A stretch of 64,000 bases of DNA from an uncultured virus (IMG/VR IMGVR_UViG_3300047668_001392) (IMGVR_UViG_3300047668_001392); one strand, 5' to 3'; positions 30,401-39,076 are shown, counted from the stretch's first letter. Notes: generated from the sequence alone by a model not told the origin. A program made the numbers and translations.

Positions 30401-31097
30401 GTTTGATCCTGAGATGTCTACTGAGGATAGAATCGCCGAATACAATGGGGTTGGACCTGACTTTGAATACTTAGAGGAATATGGGACTGAGAGAGCTCGA
30501 AAACAATACAACTCTTTTGTCCGCGCCCAAGGGTATGCAGACCTAGCGTTTAAATCTGGTATCTCGCAAGAGAAGTTTCTTTTCACTTTACAGGACGCTA
30601 ATATCTCTAAAGCAGACGCGCAGGCGTTGTGGGTTAACGCTCAAGGAGAAATTCCTTTAAGCCTAGCTAAAAAAACATTAAAAGAGGAAAGGTTTGTAGA
30701 TCTAAGAAATCAGCTTGGATGGGAAAATGCACCTAAAACAGTTGATGACGTAGAAGATCCTACTAAGAGCGAGATAGCGGAAAAGCGTGAACAAATGCTA
30801 GAAACTAGAGGCGATCGGGATGTAATGCCGTGGGCTATAGATGTAATCTCTAAAGAAAGGACTAATACCCTTAGGGAAAGAGTTATATACATACAAGAGA
30901 AACTTGGTAGCGATCAAACTGTAATAGACGCTAAGATATTGGAGCTATATAATACTATAGGTAAAGTAAATAGCTGGTATTTAGATGAGTGGGTAAGGTT
31001 AGCTGGGAAAGGTCCAGGCTTAACTCCTGAAGAACAAAAAGAAGCAAACAGACTACGTTTAGAAAAACTTGAAAATGAGCAAGAAAAAGAAGATTAA
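24471..31097 (+). CDS. large ejected polyvalent-type protein with an embedded DUF3293-like domain
   Basis: 2208 aa; hydrophobic Gly-rich segments; FAILTAENPKG..N..AN..L..W; no RNAP DxDxD motif seen. Confidence 0.6.
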   Translation: MEINELGYTNEPLAVEEPIAAAPLVPEGEPQGDPEKKKKKDMVWEEDSEAVLLGLYNDGKPLGRARKIIANQYKWKSKDQMQSVVDFYAVKDAEKKNLGGSESGGSTSGGSDGLDNALGAYSGTDSLASGYNNIGSAIIIGGNTHDVPNEEYTRKYGKGMVYRFGAVREGETKDDIQILLDNNGDNPYLLNAMDELQKDAFQRWVFKEVDGNPLFTNILNLPGNEDVKELFETTNLVNPLIFHKELVMDLLARASRDYKKDLQVDGYSFPIPITSARSLQKSYDEPAEKTLKGLNTSFMDFYGGMIKDSLPNRISRDDEKLKDLEYIFKVTKGYSFDLTGEGTVGNQDFWEQTGGHLKIMGLTVANMFSWLSMKLGKGMQDSAENQESKRQAIDERKDRIEAVQMKMNSYKKNITENVQAWWNSGGETDWDWDLLRSGTAQSYGMMIEASPYVVGAGLMAYTGASPLQMAFGMSTYGATQDAMLIENNIQFDKFVDKETGEVYTYHGDDKRDGAINMIDYTSEDTREDIDRKILEKFDLQRNDENRLWYLTKTFATGFVADRVTFGIFNRAMQKATTGGLLRYGKPMDIAKEVFKGMGIAVPQGALGIFPDAYMRALSEGVATGDPDLDAENAFKVAIEVTLGTLPLGSTMFGLGWAKGKAIHFSKSRVGRDGMNVYHREQIAALMKVVNNKRVSYTDRMNARREILHMEQEGRIRQQDDANFYDYVSRKKPSDMDEIGRLNIQIERTINSMNTLSKAPKVMGLDGNEGAKAVYKKALDSLIQKKGAIEESHRAGYEASKGGGDPATKTEVKITASKTIAKQSLIDGGVKKPTPSQVTEEQVRLSEVDFRKTPEWVTKNIEDKPNTTLTEESLRNLLNSEKFAILTAENPKGKGQSEAQNKAANDQLIQWLKENGYVYHEVTGKFGSGENSILVENMSRKEARDLARIFDQHSVATKKGLVKSDGSSVDFKKKVNITKGLPNSKADNYTTIKLEDGTVITVSMDTKVKGKGADKKNITTDEFFNTGSENFLVKESQVRISDSDAVVGLEKSGTKPKGKDGEYTAQQISDKKIQLFNDAAIIATQGKGGTTPVNKLPDMTPGTKAWEKMLAGVDQILRNTPEGGPKTIEVKPPTINPYPVDNTPKGPVRLALNKLGNRLRGIRNNWLVTNPMGYSERGWNIFKRREGPKERAGDIITLQGRDQRVRDDQLNRDALEIMNIFKSIRRDDAGKRIKKDVHKRNIIEINEYLRGNDDARISFLSEAQRSQLDYARQKVDGLTEILIDLISSKGKLSDSEKNFIQKLRGNQGTYLKRSYEAFSDNGKWIEQLNSTKGEMPKAKQALIDDAARFVMEEQGKSFDDARAVVRGYIQDLAGGFNSGGIAKGQGLIGALDTRMFKGRKEIPEAFRKLLGEIEDPIFNYAATVNKLGNYVGDWQFQNNFSNHLIETGLGRKSDANGNGPQGWERLAVKGKAFDVLSDVWVPKEFKKMYNDMQPLGQPGGSLFRLYLRIQGTVKGYKTVFSPGTIARNMESGILLSANAGHFALADFKNIGEISKMAWGDSEGLVKNRKTMESDKLKRLGVIGDTARAGEYMMMMRDFSSADAAVKAAEISGKGLKGARKRFNDVAQKVYAFGDDYYKLSGYYQEVRKFLRDDPNMSRADAEIRAAERIRGGYPTYSGLPRNIKRLRRFPLTGMFVSFAYEVPRTTANNVRYAAQDLREGRTQMGIERLLGLGLSTSLISAMVAKSQIEFGWDDDDTKAIQGTGAFWDRNSQFVAADYADERGEDGVLKYVNLSSIVPNETFLRPIRTLFKDGAPTLESTQAALLDLMGPYIALDATTNFVNEMMTGQKKGGGTIGYWDKDKHPLENIDENWDNILKHMMVGVGPGYFRNIQDFARANKIMPEFFGGKANEYKEYTNEEAFLRMMGISIQSFDLGLAVPWKVSEEARDYQSYKKFHEKADKIDLWMGKDFPSGDETPPFDPEMSTEDRIAEYNGVGPDFEYLEEYGTERARKQYNSFVRAQGYADLAFKSGISQEKFLFTLQDANISKADAQALWVNAQGEIPLSLAKKTLKEERFVDLRNQLGWENAPKTVDDVEDPTKSEIAEKREQMLETRGDRDVMPWAIDVISKERTNTLRERVIYIQEKLGSDQTVIDAKILELYNTIGKVNSWYLDEWVRLAGKGPGLTPEEQKEANRLRLEKLENEQEKED

Positions 31098-31512
31098 AGA
31101 CACGAAGCTAGGGATCTGGCTGAAAGAAAAAGCACCTGACATTCTGGGGATCGTAGGAGACCTTCTACCTGATAGCGGAGCTTTAGGTGTAGTTAAAAAT
31201 CTTCTAGATAAAGATGATAGTGTAGACCCCGAAGAGGCTCAGCGCATGATCGATGCAGAGGTTCTTTTCCAAGGGAATGTAACCGAACGCTGGAAGGCAG
31301 ATATGAGCAGTGATGTAAAGCTCGCTAAATATATAAGGCCTGTAACTTTAATTGCTCTAATGGTTATTTTTTTAGGGGCAATGGTTGCAGACAGTATAGA
31401 TATATGGGATTTTAACGTTAAGGAGTCTTACGTATCTTTGTTAGAAATACTTATGTTAACTGCTTTTGGGGCTTACTTTGCAGGCCGAAGTTTAGAAAAA
31501 ATTAAAAGATAA
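31075..31512 (+). CDS. holin (3TM-holin-like)
   Basis: RWKADMSSD.KLAKYIRP followed by TM helices and GAYFAGRS.EK. Confidence 0.7.
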   Translation: MSKKKKIKDTKLGIWLKEKAPDILGIVGDLLPDSGALGVVKNLLDKDDSVDPEEAQRMIDAEVLFQGNVTERWKADMSSDVKLAKYIRPVTLIALMVIFLGAMVADSIDIWDFNVKESYVSLLEILMLTAFGAYFAGRSLEKIKR

Positions 31513-31517
31513 TCTTA

Positions 31518-31655
31518 ATGTCAAAACGAGAGATAGAATATCTAAAGAAACTCAACAAGGCTCTTGAATCTGAGAACCAACTCCTTCAAGAGAGGTTAAA
31601 AGTATCGGAAATGGTAGTAGAGACTTTGTTCTCGCATGCAAAAGAAATACAATAA
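31518..31655 (+). CDS. small coiled-coil protein (45 aa)
   Basis: MSKREIEYLKKLNKALESENQLLQERL...; TAATG-coupled to the next gene. Confidence 0.55.
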   Translation: MSKREIEYLKKLNKALESENQLLQERLKVSEMVVETLFSHAKEIQ

Positions 31656-31990
31656 TGAAGGCGCAGAAAGATATTATAGAGAAGATGGCAAAGGACTTAA
31701 AGGACCTTAAAAAAACACAACCTAACGGAGAGTTAAAGAGAATAGAGGATTGCGTTAACAGACTAGACAGAACGGTCACCTCATTACACGACAAGATTAT
31801 GGATCCAGAGTCTGGCATAATAGTTCAAACTAACAAGAATACTGAATTCCGTGAGCTATGCTCTCCTGAGAGAGAGTCTCTCCTTGAGAAGTTTCAAGCT
31901 GTCTTACGATGGAAGAGAACAGTAGAGTGGGGCCTAGGTGTTTTATTTGTGGGTATTGTAGGAGCCCTTATAAAGGTTTACCTCGGCTAA
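31655..31990 (+). CDS. coiled-coil membrane protein (XhlA/holin-accessory-like)
   Basis: Coiled coil plus a C-terminal TM helix. Confidence 0.5.
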   Translation: MKAQKDIIEKMAKDLKDLKKTQPNGELKRIEDCVNRLDRTVTSLHDKIMDPESGIIVQTNKNTEFRELCSPERESLLEKFQAVLRWKRTVEWGLGVLFVGIVGALIKVYLG

Positions 31991-32584
31991 CTAGTAGCAT
32001 CTAATCTCTTCGCTATACACCCCGTTATAGAAGGTGTTTAGCTTCCTCTGAATAAACTCCTCCGTATTTGGCTTTGTGCGGACGCTTATAATACTGTATA
32101 GCTTCTCAAACTTCTCGTTATACATCCTCAACTTCTCATCAATCATCTCGTTTCGTTTGTTAAGCAGTAGGTGTACGTGCTCAAGCCTTTTTACCTCACG
32201 GGTTAGAGTGGAAGCATGAGAGCGTTCAGAGTTAATCTTATCTTTCAGTTTGTTTATCTCTTTAGAAACGAAGTCGTTACCAGATCTCTCTATCTTTTTA
32301 AGAAACATCATGGAAGCCGTATCGTATCTTTTTGCAAAAGCGGAGTCTGTTTGTAATATACCTTCTATCCCTCTCACGTAATGGATAACAGTAGCGTGGT
32401 TCTTATTTAAAACCTCCGCAATCTTAGTATAGGAGTGGCCTTCGTTCCTTAGGATAGCACAAAACGCTCTTCTTCCGTCAACATTCCCCCTACACCTGAC
32501 GGTACTCATTACGTCAGACTGAAAAATATTATTTACTATTTCTAGTAATATGTCTGAATGTTTCTTGTTTATTTTAGCTTTCAT
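31991..32584 (-). CDS. DnaA C-terminal-like HTH protein
   Basis: SYTKIAEVLNKNHATVIHY resembles the DnaA domain IV HTH. Confidence 0.7.
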   Translation of the reverse strand: MKAKINKKHSDILLEIVNNIFQSDVMSTVRCRGNVDGRRAFCAILRNEGHSYTKIAEVLNKNHATVIHYVRGIEGILQTDSAFAKRYDTASMMFLKKIERSGNDFVSKEINKLKDKINSERSHASTLTREVKRLEHVHLLLNKRNEMIDEKLRMYNEKFEKLYSIISVRTKPNTEEFIQRKLNTFYNGVYSEEIRCY

Positions 32585-33108
32585 TAAATTGTATTTAAGT
32601 TACCTTCAGGAGAGATATACTCCTTTGAGTAGGTGATTATATTATAACTATTTAATTGTTTAAGATCCTCTATTATAAGCTTAGTGATTTTATCCTGCCT
32701 GCCTTTCCTTTGGTATATCTTACGGTAGGCATTTGTCTTACTTGTAACTTTCTCTGGAGAAACGTTTTTGTAACACCACTCTAAAAGCTCTTGTCTTTCC
32801 ACCCTAATAAAACCTCCCACCTCACACATCTCGAAGGCTATCCACTTAGCCGCTCCCTTGGTCCAACCAGGTTTACCGAGGACGTTGGCAAACTCCACCC
32901 AGATTTCGTCAGGTAGGTTGTTTCCTTTTACATCCACCCCGTCTTCTCCGTGCCAGAAGTCTACATGTAAATTTATATCCTCGTATTTATTAGACACACG
33001 AGCATCAGGGCAAGCTCTCTTGTATCTAGTGGCGGAGATGTTCCCATCTCTCCAAGACTGTTTATATCTAGCTTTACTTACAACATTAGAATGGTAACTC
33101 GTTTTCAT
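32584..33108 (-). CDS. putative PD-(D/E)XK nuclease
   Basis: EDINLHVDF..GVDVKG..IWVEF.N..G.PGW. Confidence 0.55.
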   Translation of the reverse strand: MKTSYHSNVVSKARYKQSWRDGNISATRYKRACPDARVSNKYEDINLHVDFWHGEDGVDVKGNNLPDEIWVEFANVLGKPGWTKGAAKWIAFEMCEVGGFIRVERQELLEWCYKNVSPEKVTSKTNAYRKIYQRKGRQDKITKLIIEDLKQLNSYNIITYSKEYISPEGNLNTI

Positions 33109-33307
33109 GTTCTTTACATATTTCTCGGACTAGGTCTATTTCTATATTTACCCAATCCCTAAAGGATTTAATTTGGACTAACACATCTTCCAATTCAGTT
33201 AAGGCTTCACCCTCTTCTTCGTGTAGGGATTCATACAACATATCTGCCGCATCGTGAATCCTTTCACAAGCTTGGAAGTAAGTTTTACTTACGTTACTAT
33301 TATTCAT
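33086..33307 (-). CDS. hypothetical protein
   Basis: ORF overlapping both neighbours; ends ELPF. Confidence 0.6.
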   Translation of the reverse strand: MNNSNVSKTYFQACERIHDAADMLYESLHEEEGEALTELEDVLVQIKSFRDWVNIEIDLVREICKEHENELPF

Positions 33308-33746
33308 TTTCCATGGATTTTTTAATCTCTAAGACACACTGATCGACTTGTCTTTTATTTTTAGCTAAATATACGTCATAACCTAGCTTATTATCCATAA
33401 TATGCTTTAAAAATATCTTCCATCTCATGGGAAAATCATGATGGGAGGGTAAGTACCCTTTTGTTTCAATGATCCACTTGGAATCCTTCCCTACAAAATC
33501 AGGTGTATACCTAATAGGCTGTTGAACGGAGTTAGTCCTATCGGACATATCCTTACCCTTAGGGGTCATCTTGAAGTACTTATGTTCAAATCTAAAAGAC
33601 TCCATTAAAACGAACTGCTCGCTCTCATAAGAGAAAGCTATCCCAGATTCACGTAACTTGTCTGAGCAGTACTTCTCTATGGCACTAGCAAACTTCCCTA
33701 GCGATTTTTTTTTAGGTTTAAGTTTCTTTCTTGTTTTTTTATGCAT
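33300..33746 (-). CDS. T7 endonuclease I-like Holliday junction resolvase
   Basis: FAS..E..C...L...YE, RYTPDF..WIIETKG. Confidence 0.75.
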   Translation of the reverse strand: MHKKTRKKLKPKKKSLGKFASAIEKYCSDKLRESGIAFSYESEQFVLMESFRFEHKYFKMTPKGKDMSDRTNSVQQPIRYTPDFVGKDSKWIIETKGYLPSHHDFPMRWKIFLKHIMDNKLGYDVYLAKNKRQVDQCVLEIKKSMENE

Positions 33747-33750
33747 GTGG

Positions 33751-33758
33751 CAAAGTTA
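33751..33758 (-). promoter_or_regulatory. Bacteroidetes -7 promoter box
   Basis: TAACTTTG on the minus strand, 4 nt before ATG 33746. Confidence 0.65.
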
Positions 33759-33784
33759 CACTCCAAGTATCTACCCTTCCTAAT

Positions 33785-35587
33785 TTATTTTGCTAAAAAA
33801 TCTACGAAAGGAAGAGCCTTTTGCTTATCTTGCTGAAAATCAATGGGTAAGAATAAAGGCTTCTTTTCTAGCCAAGAGATAAATCCCGTATGAGAGAGGT
33901 TCATAAGGATCTGATAGGGGTCATCTACAGACGTTGGTTGACCTCCAGTCTCCACTTCCCTAACTTTCCTTACGTGTAACTCACTCATCTTCCGTATGTT
34001 ATGGTCTGGCGATTGAACCTTTCGATGAATAGTAAGGAAGCAATCGCATCTATTTACAAATTTACCGCCTCCCTCTGTATCCTCCGCATACGGGGCAACA
34101 GGAAGACCGTCTGGTCCTTTACGTCTTTGAGCCTCAGTGAAGGCATGCATATTTAACCATACAGCTACGTCGTTAGCTTTTGAGAACGTAAGGAACTGAC
34201 TAGCAGCCTCATAGTGGTAGTCATGTACACCTATACTTGAGTTACGCATATCTAACCTCAATGAATTATAAGGATCTATGAAGATCGCGTCTACATGTTG
34301 CTGCCTCATAACCTTCTCCATGAAAAGGATTATATCTGAGTAGCTATATACTTGATTGTTGTTGATGATAGTAAAGTGCTCCTGGACCCACTTGTAAGCC
34401 GCCTTACGTTGAGCATAGTTCATATCCTGAACCTTCCTATCTGAAGCGAATTGCATGAGGTGCATCTTAACGGAGGCCGTTCTATTCTCCGAAGAGTATA
34501 TCACCCACTTCCATTTGTGGCGCACAACAGAGTTTGCGATAAGGTATAGAGCCGTAGTTGTCTTACCTACGTTACTATGACCGTTCATAATAACAAACTC
34601 CTTCTTGTATCTAAAGTATTTATCTAGCACAGCATCCCCAGTATCTAGACCTATCGCCACCTTCCCTTGAGAGTAGTCGTCGATCCATCTAAAGTCCTCA
34701 TCATCCGAGGATATGAATGACATGTCCCCATCGTTAATGAGCATCTCCCTTTGTGCTGTCTTCTCGTCCTCTATAATCTCCTTAATAGGTAAGGCCTTCC
34801 CTTTCTCTACCCCAGCAATTATAGTTTGCTTAGCATGGTCATCCGAATCTATATCCCTCTTCTCTATCTCTCTAAAAAGGATTCTCAATACTTCATCCTC
34901 CTCCATGCGTCCTGCAGAAATATATCCTCCGCATAGTATAGCAGCTCTATTAAGTGTTACCCACTTCTCCCCGTCCTTAGCGTTCCGTATCATGCGGGCA
35001 GCTAGGTTAAGCTTCATGTAGTCCGTATAAGAATAAGCCTCATTGCTTGGGACCTGAGCTTCAGCGTGTTCGGATGTAAATGCCCCAAACTTTAAGTAAT
35101 CATCCTTAACTATTAAGTCAGGATCGTAAGACTCAAAGCAGGCCCTAGATTCGTTTATACCTGACTCGTCAACCTCTAGTCCGTGCTGACGGTTAAAGTA
35201 CGCTATAAGGGCTCTAAAGTGGTCTCTGTGGCGTTCAGGGTGTGTTATCTTAACCAGCGCCTTAACTCCATCCCCACTCGGCGACATCCAACATGAATGA
35301 ATATAATCATCCGTGGCAAGGGCTTTCTTCGTCGCCTCAACATCAACGTGATCGAAGTCCAGAATAATAAATCCAGAGTGTTCGAATAAGCCTTCATCAG
35401 TCCTAGATGAAAACTCCCCGCTGAAACATACAACAGGGAGCTTAAGCTTCTTTTCTTTATTTCCTTTTCTGACTTCAAGAATCAGATCCTTGCTCCTCCC
35501 ATCCTGAATACGTGACAGTGCAGTCTCCAGCTGTATGTGATGCGCCTCCTTTATGAGTTTTACGTCTTTGAATATTGTTACCTTCAT
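33785..35587 (-). CDS. primase-helicase (BT4734/VirE-N-like primase-polymerase domain plus DnaB/RecA-type SF4 helicase)
   Basis: KLKLP..CFSG..HSGFIILDFDH..SPSGDGVK..RACFESYDP; Walker A GHSNVGKT; IFIDPYN; KVRE.ETGG. Confidence 0.85.
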   Translation of the reverse strand: MKVTIFKDVKLIKEAHHIQLETALSRIQDGRSKDLILEVRKGNKEKKLKLPVVCFSGEFSSRTDEGLFEHSGFIILDFDHVDVEATKKALATDDYIHSCWMSPSGDGVKALVKITHPERHRDHFRALIAYFNRQHGLEVDESGINESRACFESYDPDLIVKDDYLKFGAFTSEHAEAQVPSNEAYSYTDYMKLNLAARMIRNAKDGEKWVTLNRAAILCGGYISAGRMEEDEVLRILFREIEKRDIDSDDHAKQTIIAGVEKGKALPIKEIIEDEKTAQREMLINDGDMSFISSDDEDFRWIDDYSQGKVAIGLDTGDAVLDKYFRYKKEFVIMNGHSNVGKTTTALYLIANSVVRHKWKWVIYSSENRTASVKMHLMQFASDRKVQDMNYAQRKAAYKWVQEHFTIINNNQVYSYSDIILFMEKVMRQQHVDAIFIDPYNSLRLDMRNSSIGVHDYHYEAASQFLTFSKANDVAVWLNMHAFTEAQRRKGPDGLPVAPYAEDTEGGGKFVNRCDCFLTIHRKVQSPDHNIRKMSELHVRKVREVETGGQPTSVDDPYQILMNLSHTGFISWLEKKPLFLPIDFQQDKQKALPFVDFLAK

Positions 35588-35840
35588 CTTCTTTTGAAAT
35601 CATTAAGAGGATTATGTATCCCGCTATATCTATTAGTGTATCTTCAGTGTCTTCAACTAGTCCAGCATTCGCTATACGTTTTAGCTTGTCATCTAAACGT
35701 ACCTTTATAGAAGTAGATGCGTTACACGCTGAGAAAATATTTAGAGGGTTCAATGCTGAGTCCCCATACTTTTTATTTTTATCAATGAGTAAGTCTTCTA
35801 TCTCCTTACACTTTTGTTTTATTCGATCCTTGGTGTTCAT
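35475..35840 (-). CDS. DUF1599 / nucleotide modification associated domain 1 protein
   Basis: LLIDKNKKYGDS..VRLDDKLKRI..EDTLIDIAGY. Confidence 0.8.
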   Translation of the reverse strand: MNTKDRIKQKCKEIEDLLIDKNKKYGDSALNPLNIFSACNASTSIKVRLDDKLKRIANAGLVEDTEDTLIDIAGYIILLMISKEDEGNNIQRRKTHKGGASHTAGDCTVTYSGWEEQGSDS

Positions 35841-36102
35841 CTATAGTTAGATTTGAATATGTTAAAAGTTTTTTATCTATAATTCGTCTTATTATTATCT
35901 CTTTATTTTTAGCCTTACTCGCCTTCCCATAGATGCGTCTAATCAATCTATCGACAGTTCTTATATCATGCTTCATGATATCGAAAGGCTTATCGTAAAT
36001 AGATACTATCCACAATAAACGCTCAGACACAACCTTATTTTTTTTAAAGGCGATCTGAGCGTTCATGTAGTAGATAGGGGCCTTACTAGAACGGCATGTC
36101 AT
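35806..36102 (-). CDS. hypothetical protein
   Basis: ORF within the operon. Confidence 0.55.
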   Translation of the reverse strand: MTCRSSKAPIYYMNAQIAFKKNKVVSERLLWIVSIYDKPFDIMKHDIRTVDRLIRRIYGKASKAKNKEIIIRRIIDKKLLTYSNLTIDEHQGSNKTKV

Positions 36103-36388
36103 CCGTTGCAGCTTCCGCCTTAGCTAGCTTTGCAGCTCGCTTTTCTTTAGCACCCTCACTATTCGGATCAAAGACCGAACAACAAGACTTACCAGACTGA
36201 GACATGAAGATCTTGAGGTAGATGTTACCACCTTCCCCTGCTTCGTTACGCCTTGTAGCGTATTTCTCAATCATCTCTTTCAACTCGGTGTCCTTAAGAC
36301 GAACACTCCAACTAGAAAGTTGACCCTCATATAGATGAGGCTCTTCTGCGTACCCAACGAGTACTGAATCATACTTTTTATCACTCAT
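36086..36388 (-). CDS. putative single-stranded DNA-binding protein
   Basis: Acidic DDMPF C-terminal tail; next to exonuclease and SSAP genes. Confidence 0.6.
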   Translation of the reverse strand: MSDKKYDSVLVGYAEEPHLYEGQLSSWSVRLKDTELKEMIEKYATRRNEAGEGGNIYLKIFMSQSGKSCCSVFDPNSEGAKEKRAAKLAKAEAATDDMPF

Positions 36389-36506
36389 GTGAAAAAATTT
36401 AAAAGGTTAGAAAAAAAATGTATAATATATAGCGTTAACTATAACATAAAGACAGGCTCCATAAAAAAATACGTAACCTAAAGCGTCTATCGCTTTTGCA
36501 ATCAAA

Positions 36507-37289
36507 CTAAACAACGAATGATGCATAACAATTTAACTCAGGCTCTTTATCTTTTAGATAAGCCTTAATATTCTCCAGGGCTTGATGATATTTCATCTCC
36601 CCCTTGAACAGGGTTTCCTCCGAGCATTTTATCTCTGCGGGGTAATATGGGTGCGTCTTCTCTTGAACTACCCAATAGTAGTCTTTGATATCAAACACCT
36701 TCGTATATATATAAGCTTGTATGTCATAGCTGAAGCTATTAACGTCGTATCTAAACTTGTCTACACTTCTCGAACTCTTGCTGTCAGTAATGAAGCCATC
36801 ACCTAGGCAATCTAAGAATCCTCTTAGCGGTACACCATCGATATCTTCATTGAATTCAACTTGGTACTTACCTGTGAGTCTCTTCTTAAGTAAACCACAT
36901 ACGGCTAGTCTCTCAACCATGTCGTTAGCAGTCTTCCAATCTGCGCTACTAGTTAGCGTTTGACCTTTAGCTTTGTACTCTTCCTCCATAGCAGCTTTAA
37001 CCTCCTTGTAGTCTTTCGTCAACTTAGGGTTCTTTGCTTCGATAGTTTTACTTTGGCATCTTTCTAATACATCCCCCTCATTAAGGACGATATATTCGCT
37101 CATTGCTTTGTCGCGCTCAAATAAGAGCATGTCGTACATAGTCCCGAATACCAAGGCATCAGAAGTGTAAGGCGCTTGGCCCTTCATCTTCATCTCCCAT
37201 AACTGCATGTCTCCAAGAGCATACTTAATAGAAGAGTAAGATAAGTGACCTTTACCCGTAGCGGCTGTTAGTTGTTCTCTTAAAGTCAT
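36507..37289 (-). CDS. RecE/exonuclease VIII-like PD-(D/E)XK exonuclease
   Basis: LSYSSIK, ALVFGT, RGFLDC..DSKS, YDIQAYIY. Confidence 0.8.
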   Translation of the reverse strand: MTLREQLTAATGKGHLSYSSIKYALGDMQLWEMKMKGQAPYTSDALVFGTMYDMLLFERDKAMSEYIVLNEGDVLERCQSKTIEAKNPKLTKDYKEVKAAMEEEYKAKGQTLTSSADWKTANDMVERLAVCGLLKKRLTGKYQVEFNEDIDGVPLRGFLDCLGDGFITDSKSSRSVDKFRYDVNSFSYDIQAYIYTKVFDIKDYYWVVQEKTHPYYPAEIKCSEETLFKGEMKYHQALENIKAYLKDKEPELNCYASFVV

Positions 37290-37522
37290 CTCTTCTTTTT
37301 CTTAGGGAAATAGATAAGATCTTTTTGCTCGCTACATATCTCTTCGATATCATATAAAGCTTTACTTTGATTTTCATCTACGCCATCAATACCTCTAAAC
37401 AAATGAGTCAATTGCATGATCTCATTCCAAGCCTGTAGAGGCGTGAAGTTGTCATACTTTTCTCTTTCTCTTTTAGATATTTCAACTAGCTCTCCGATGG
37501 TGTGTTTAGTAAAATATTCCAT
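37286..37522 (-). CDS. hypothetical protein
   Basis: Translationally coupled ORF. Confidence 0.55.
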   Translation of the reverse strand: MEYFTKHTIGELVEISKREREKYDNFTPLQAWNEIMQLTHLFRGIDGVDENQSKALYDIEEICSEQKDLIYFPKKKKR

Positions 37523-38106
37523 TATCGTACGAATTTCATTATACCTTCAACTTGCTTCTCAGTAAACTGGTCTCCTTTTGTCCTCATGACAAAGTCGAAA
37601 GCCTTTTGCTTATCTGATTGGGTCTTTATATACCCTATGACTTTACTCATAAGCTCAGGATCACGCTCCTCCTTAGCTGGCTTCTTAGCAGGAGTTTTCT
37701 TTGCGATAGGCTTGGTTGATGATAGTGTTTTCTTAGGTGCTGTCGCCTCTTGTTTAGCAATAGCTTCCGTCACCTCGTTAGCCGAAGCTATGGAGGCATC
37801 TATACCTATACCCATCATGGCCAAGGCTCTACCTATGGCAGAGGTCTCGCAGTTCTCAACATAGCTTGTCTTGTTGATGTTACCGTTAGACCGCTCTTCA
37901 TGGGCATGGCCAGTAGCTACCACACGTTGCGTAGTGTCGGCTATAATAGCTCTACATACACACATATCCGAATCCAACGCTGTGAATTCAGTGGAGATAG
38001 TCCAGTGTTTATACTCGTCTTCCTGACGGAAGAATTTGATACGCTCGTTTACTTCGACGTATTGTTTGCCACGTATGTTCGTGGTCTTAAATTTATAATT
38101 AGACAT
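37522..38106 (-). CDS. single-strand annealing recombinase (Sak/Rad52-like)
   Basis: GKQYVEVNERI..ATGHA.E..ENCETSAIGRALA. Confidence 0.75.
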   Translation of the reverse strand: MSNYKFKTTNIRGKQYVEVNERIKFFRQEDEYKHWTISTEFTALDSDMCVCRAIIADTTQRVVATGHAHEERSNGNINKTSYVENCETSAIGRALAMMGIGIDASIASANEVTEAIAKQEATAPKKTLSSTKPIAKKTPAKKPAKEERDPELMSKVIGYIKTQSDKQKAFDFVMRTKGDQFTEKQVEGIMKFVR

Positions 38107-38129
38107 GTATTAAATTAAATTAGGGTTTA

Positions 38130-38161
38130 CAAATATAACAAAAGCTTTTAACAAAAACAAA
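38130..38161 (-). promoter_or_regulatory. Bacteroidetes promoter (-33 TTTG / -7 TATATTTG) for the recombination-replication operon
   Basis: TTTG at 38158-38161, 20-nt spacer, TATATTTG at 38130-38137 on the minus strand. Confidence 0.65.
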
Positions 38162-38466
38162 TTAAAAGCCATATTTTCTCGCATCGTCGTATAGATTATG
38201 TATTGATTTATTAAATTTCTTTTCTGTCTGATGTGTATCTCTACAGATCTCCATGAATTGTTGCACTATAGTAACAGCATCTTGTTTTTCTATTTCACTC
38301 ATTATCAATTAGTTATCAAAGGTTATATTAAGTATTAGTTTAAGACAGAAAGCATCGACGACCCACTCTACTGCTTCAGTATCTTCAACTTGAGTGAAGT
38401 TTACGTAGGCTATGCATAGCTCATCTAGAGATAGATCTCTGAAAGGATTCTTTATGTGTGTCATGT

Positions 38467-38670
38467 TTATTCAGGGCCCATATCGGCCCAGTACTCTTTG
38501 TTGCATTCTTTAGAGCAGGGTTGACCCTCAACCTCTACCTCTTGCTCGCCGCAATTGATACACATGTGAGAGGATATAAACTCACAATGCTCTAAGCAGT
38601 CAGGGCATATACCCATTTCTGTATCTGTTGTGGAGGTCCCACAGCAGTCACTAAATGTTTCGTCATTCAT
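38467..38670 (-). CDS. Cys-rich Zn-binding small protein
   Basis: SDCC..GICPDCLEHC..CINC..CSKEC; start likely MNDETF. Confidence 0.6.
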   Translation of the reverse strand: MNDETFSDCCGTSTTDTEMGICPDCLEHCEFISSHMCINCGEQEVEVEGQPCSKECNKEYWADMGPE

Positions 38671-39044
38671 CTTGTTATCTCGATTAGTCCCCAGCATAGC
38701 TTTATAGAGAAGCCACGCTTAACTATAACTTCAGGTCTAGGGGAAGGTGTAGGATCAGCAGTAGAGAAAGGGATCTTAATGGTTTCAGTATCCTTCTTCT
38801 TTCCTGGGTTATCTATTACAGTAACACCTTTCTTAAGGAATTTTAAGAATCTAGGATCCTTCTTCTTATACTGAAAAGTAGACTCTCCGTTTCTTACTCT
38901 TGCAACGGCACTCCTAACAGAGGTGTGAGGTCTATCTAATTCCCTAGCAATTAAGGGGTAGATACTGTCGTTATACTCGAAGTCTTTTGCAATCTTGCAA
39001 GCGCTTAACAGCTCTTCGGCTGTCCAATGTTGATTGGTTTTCAT
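38667..39044 (-). CDS. putative HTH/Myb-like DNA-binding protein
   Basis: WTAEEL..IARELDRPHTSVR. Confidence 0.55.
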   Translation of the reverse strand: MKTNQHWTAEELLSACKIAKDFEYNDSIYPLIARELDRPHTSVRSAVARVRNGESTFQYKKKDPRFLKFLKKGVTVIDNPGKKKDTETIKIPFSTADPTPSPRPEVIVKRGFSIKLCWGLIEITR

Positions 39045-39076
39045 AATGTATTGTTTTATATAGATTAATTATTTAT

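Noticed and set aside
24471..31097. crAss-type virion RNA polymerase
   Set aside because: No DxDxD catalytic motif or double-psi-barrel signature recognised.
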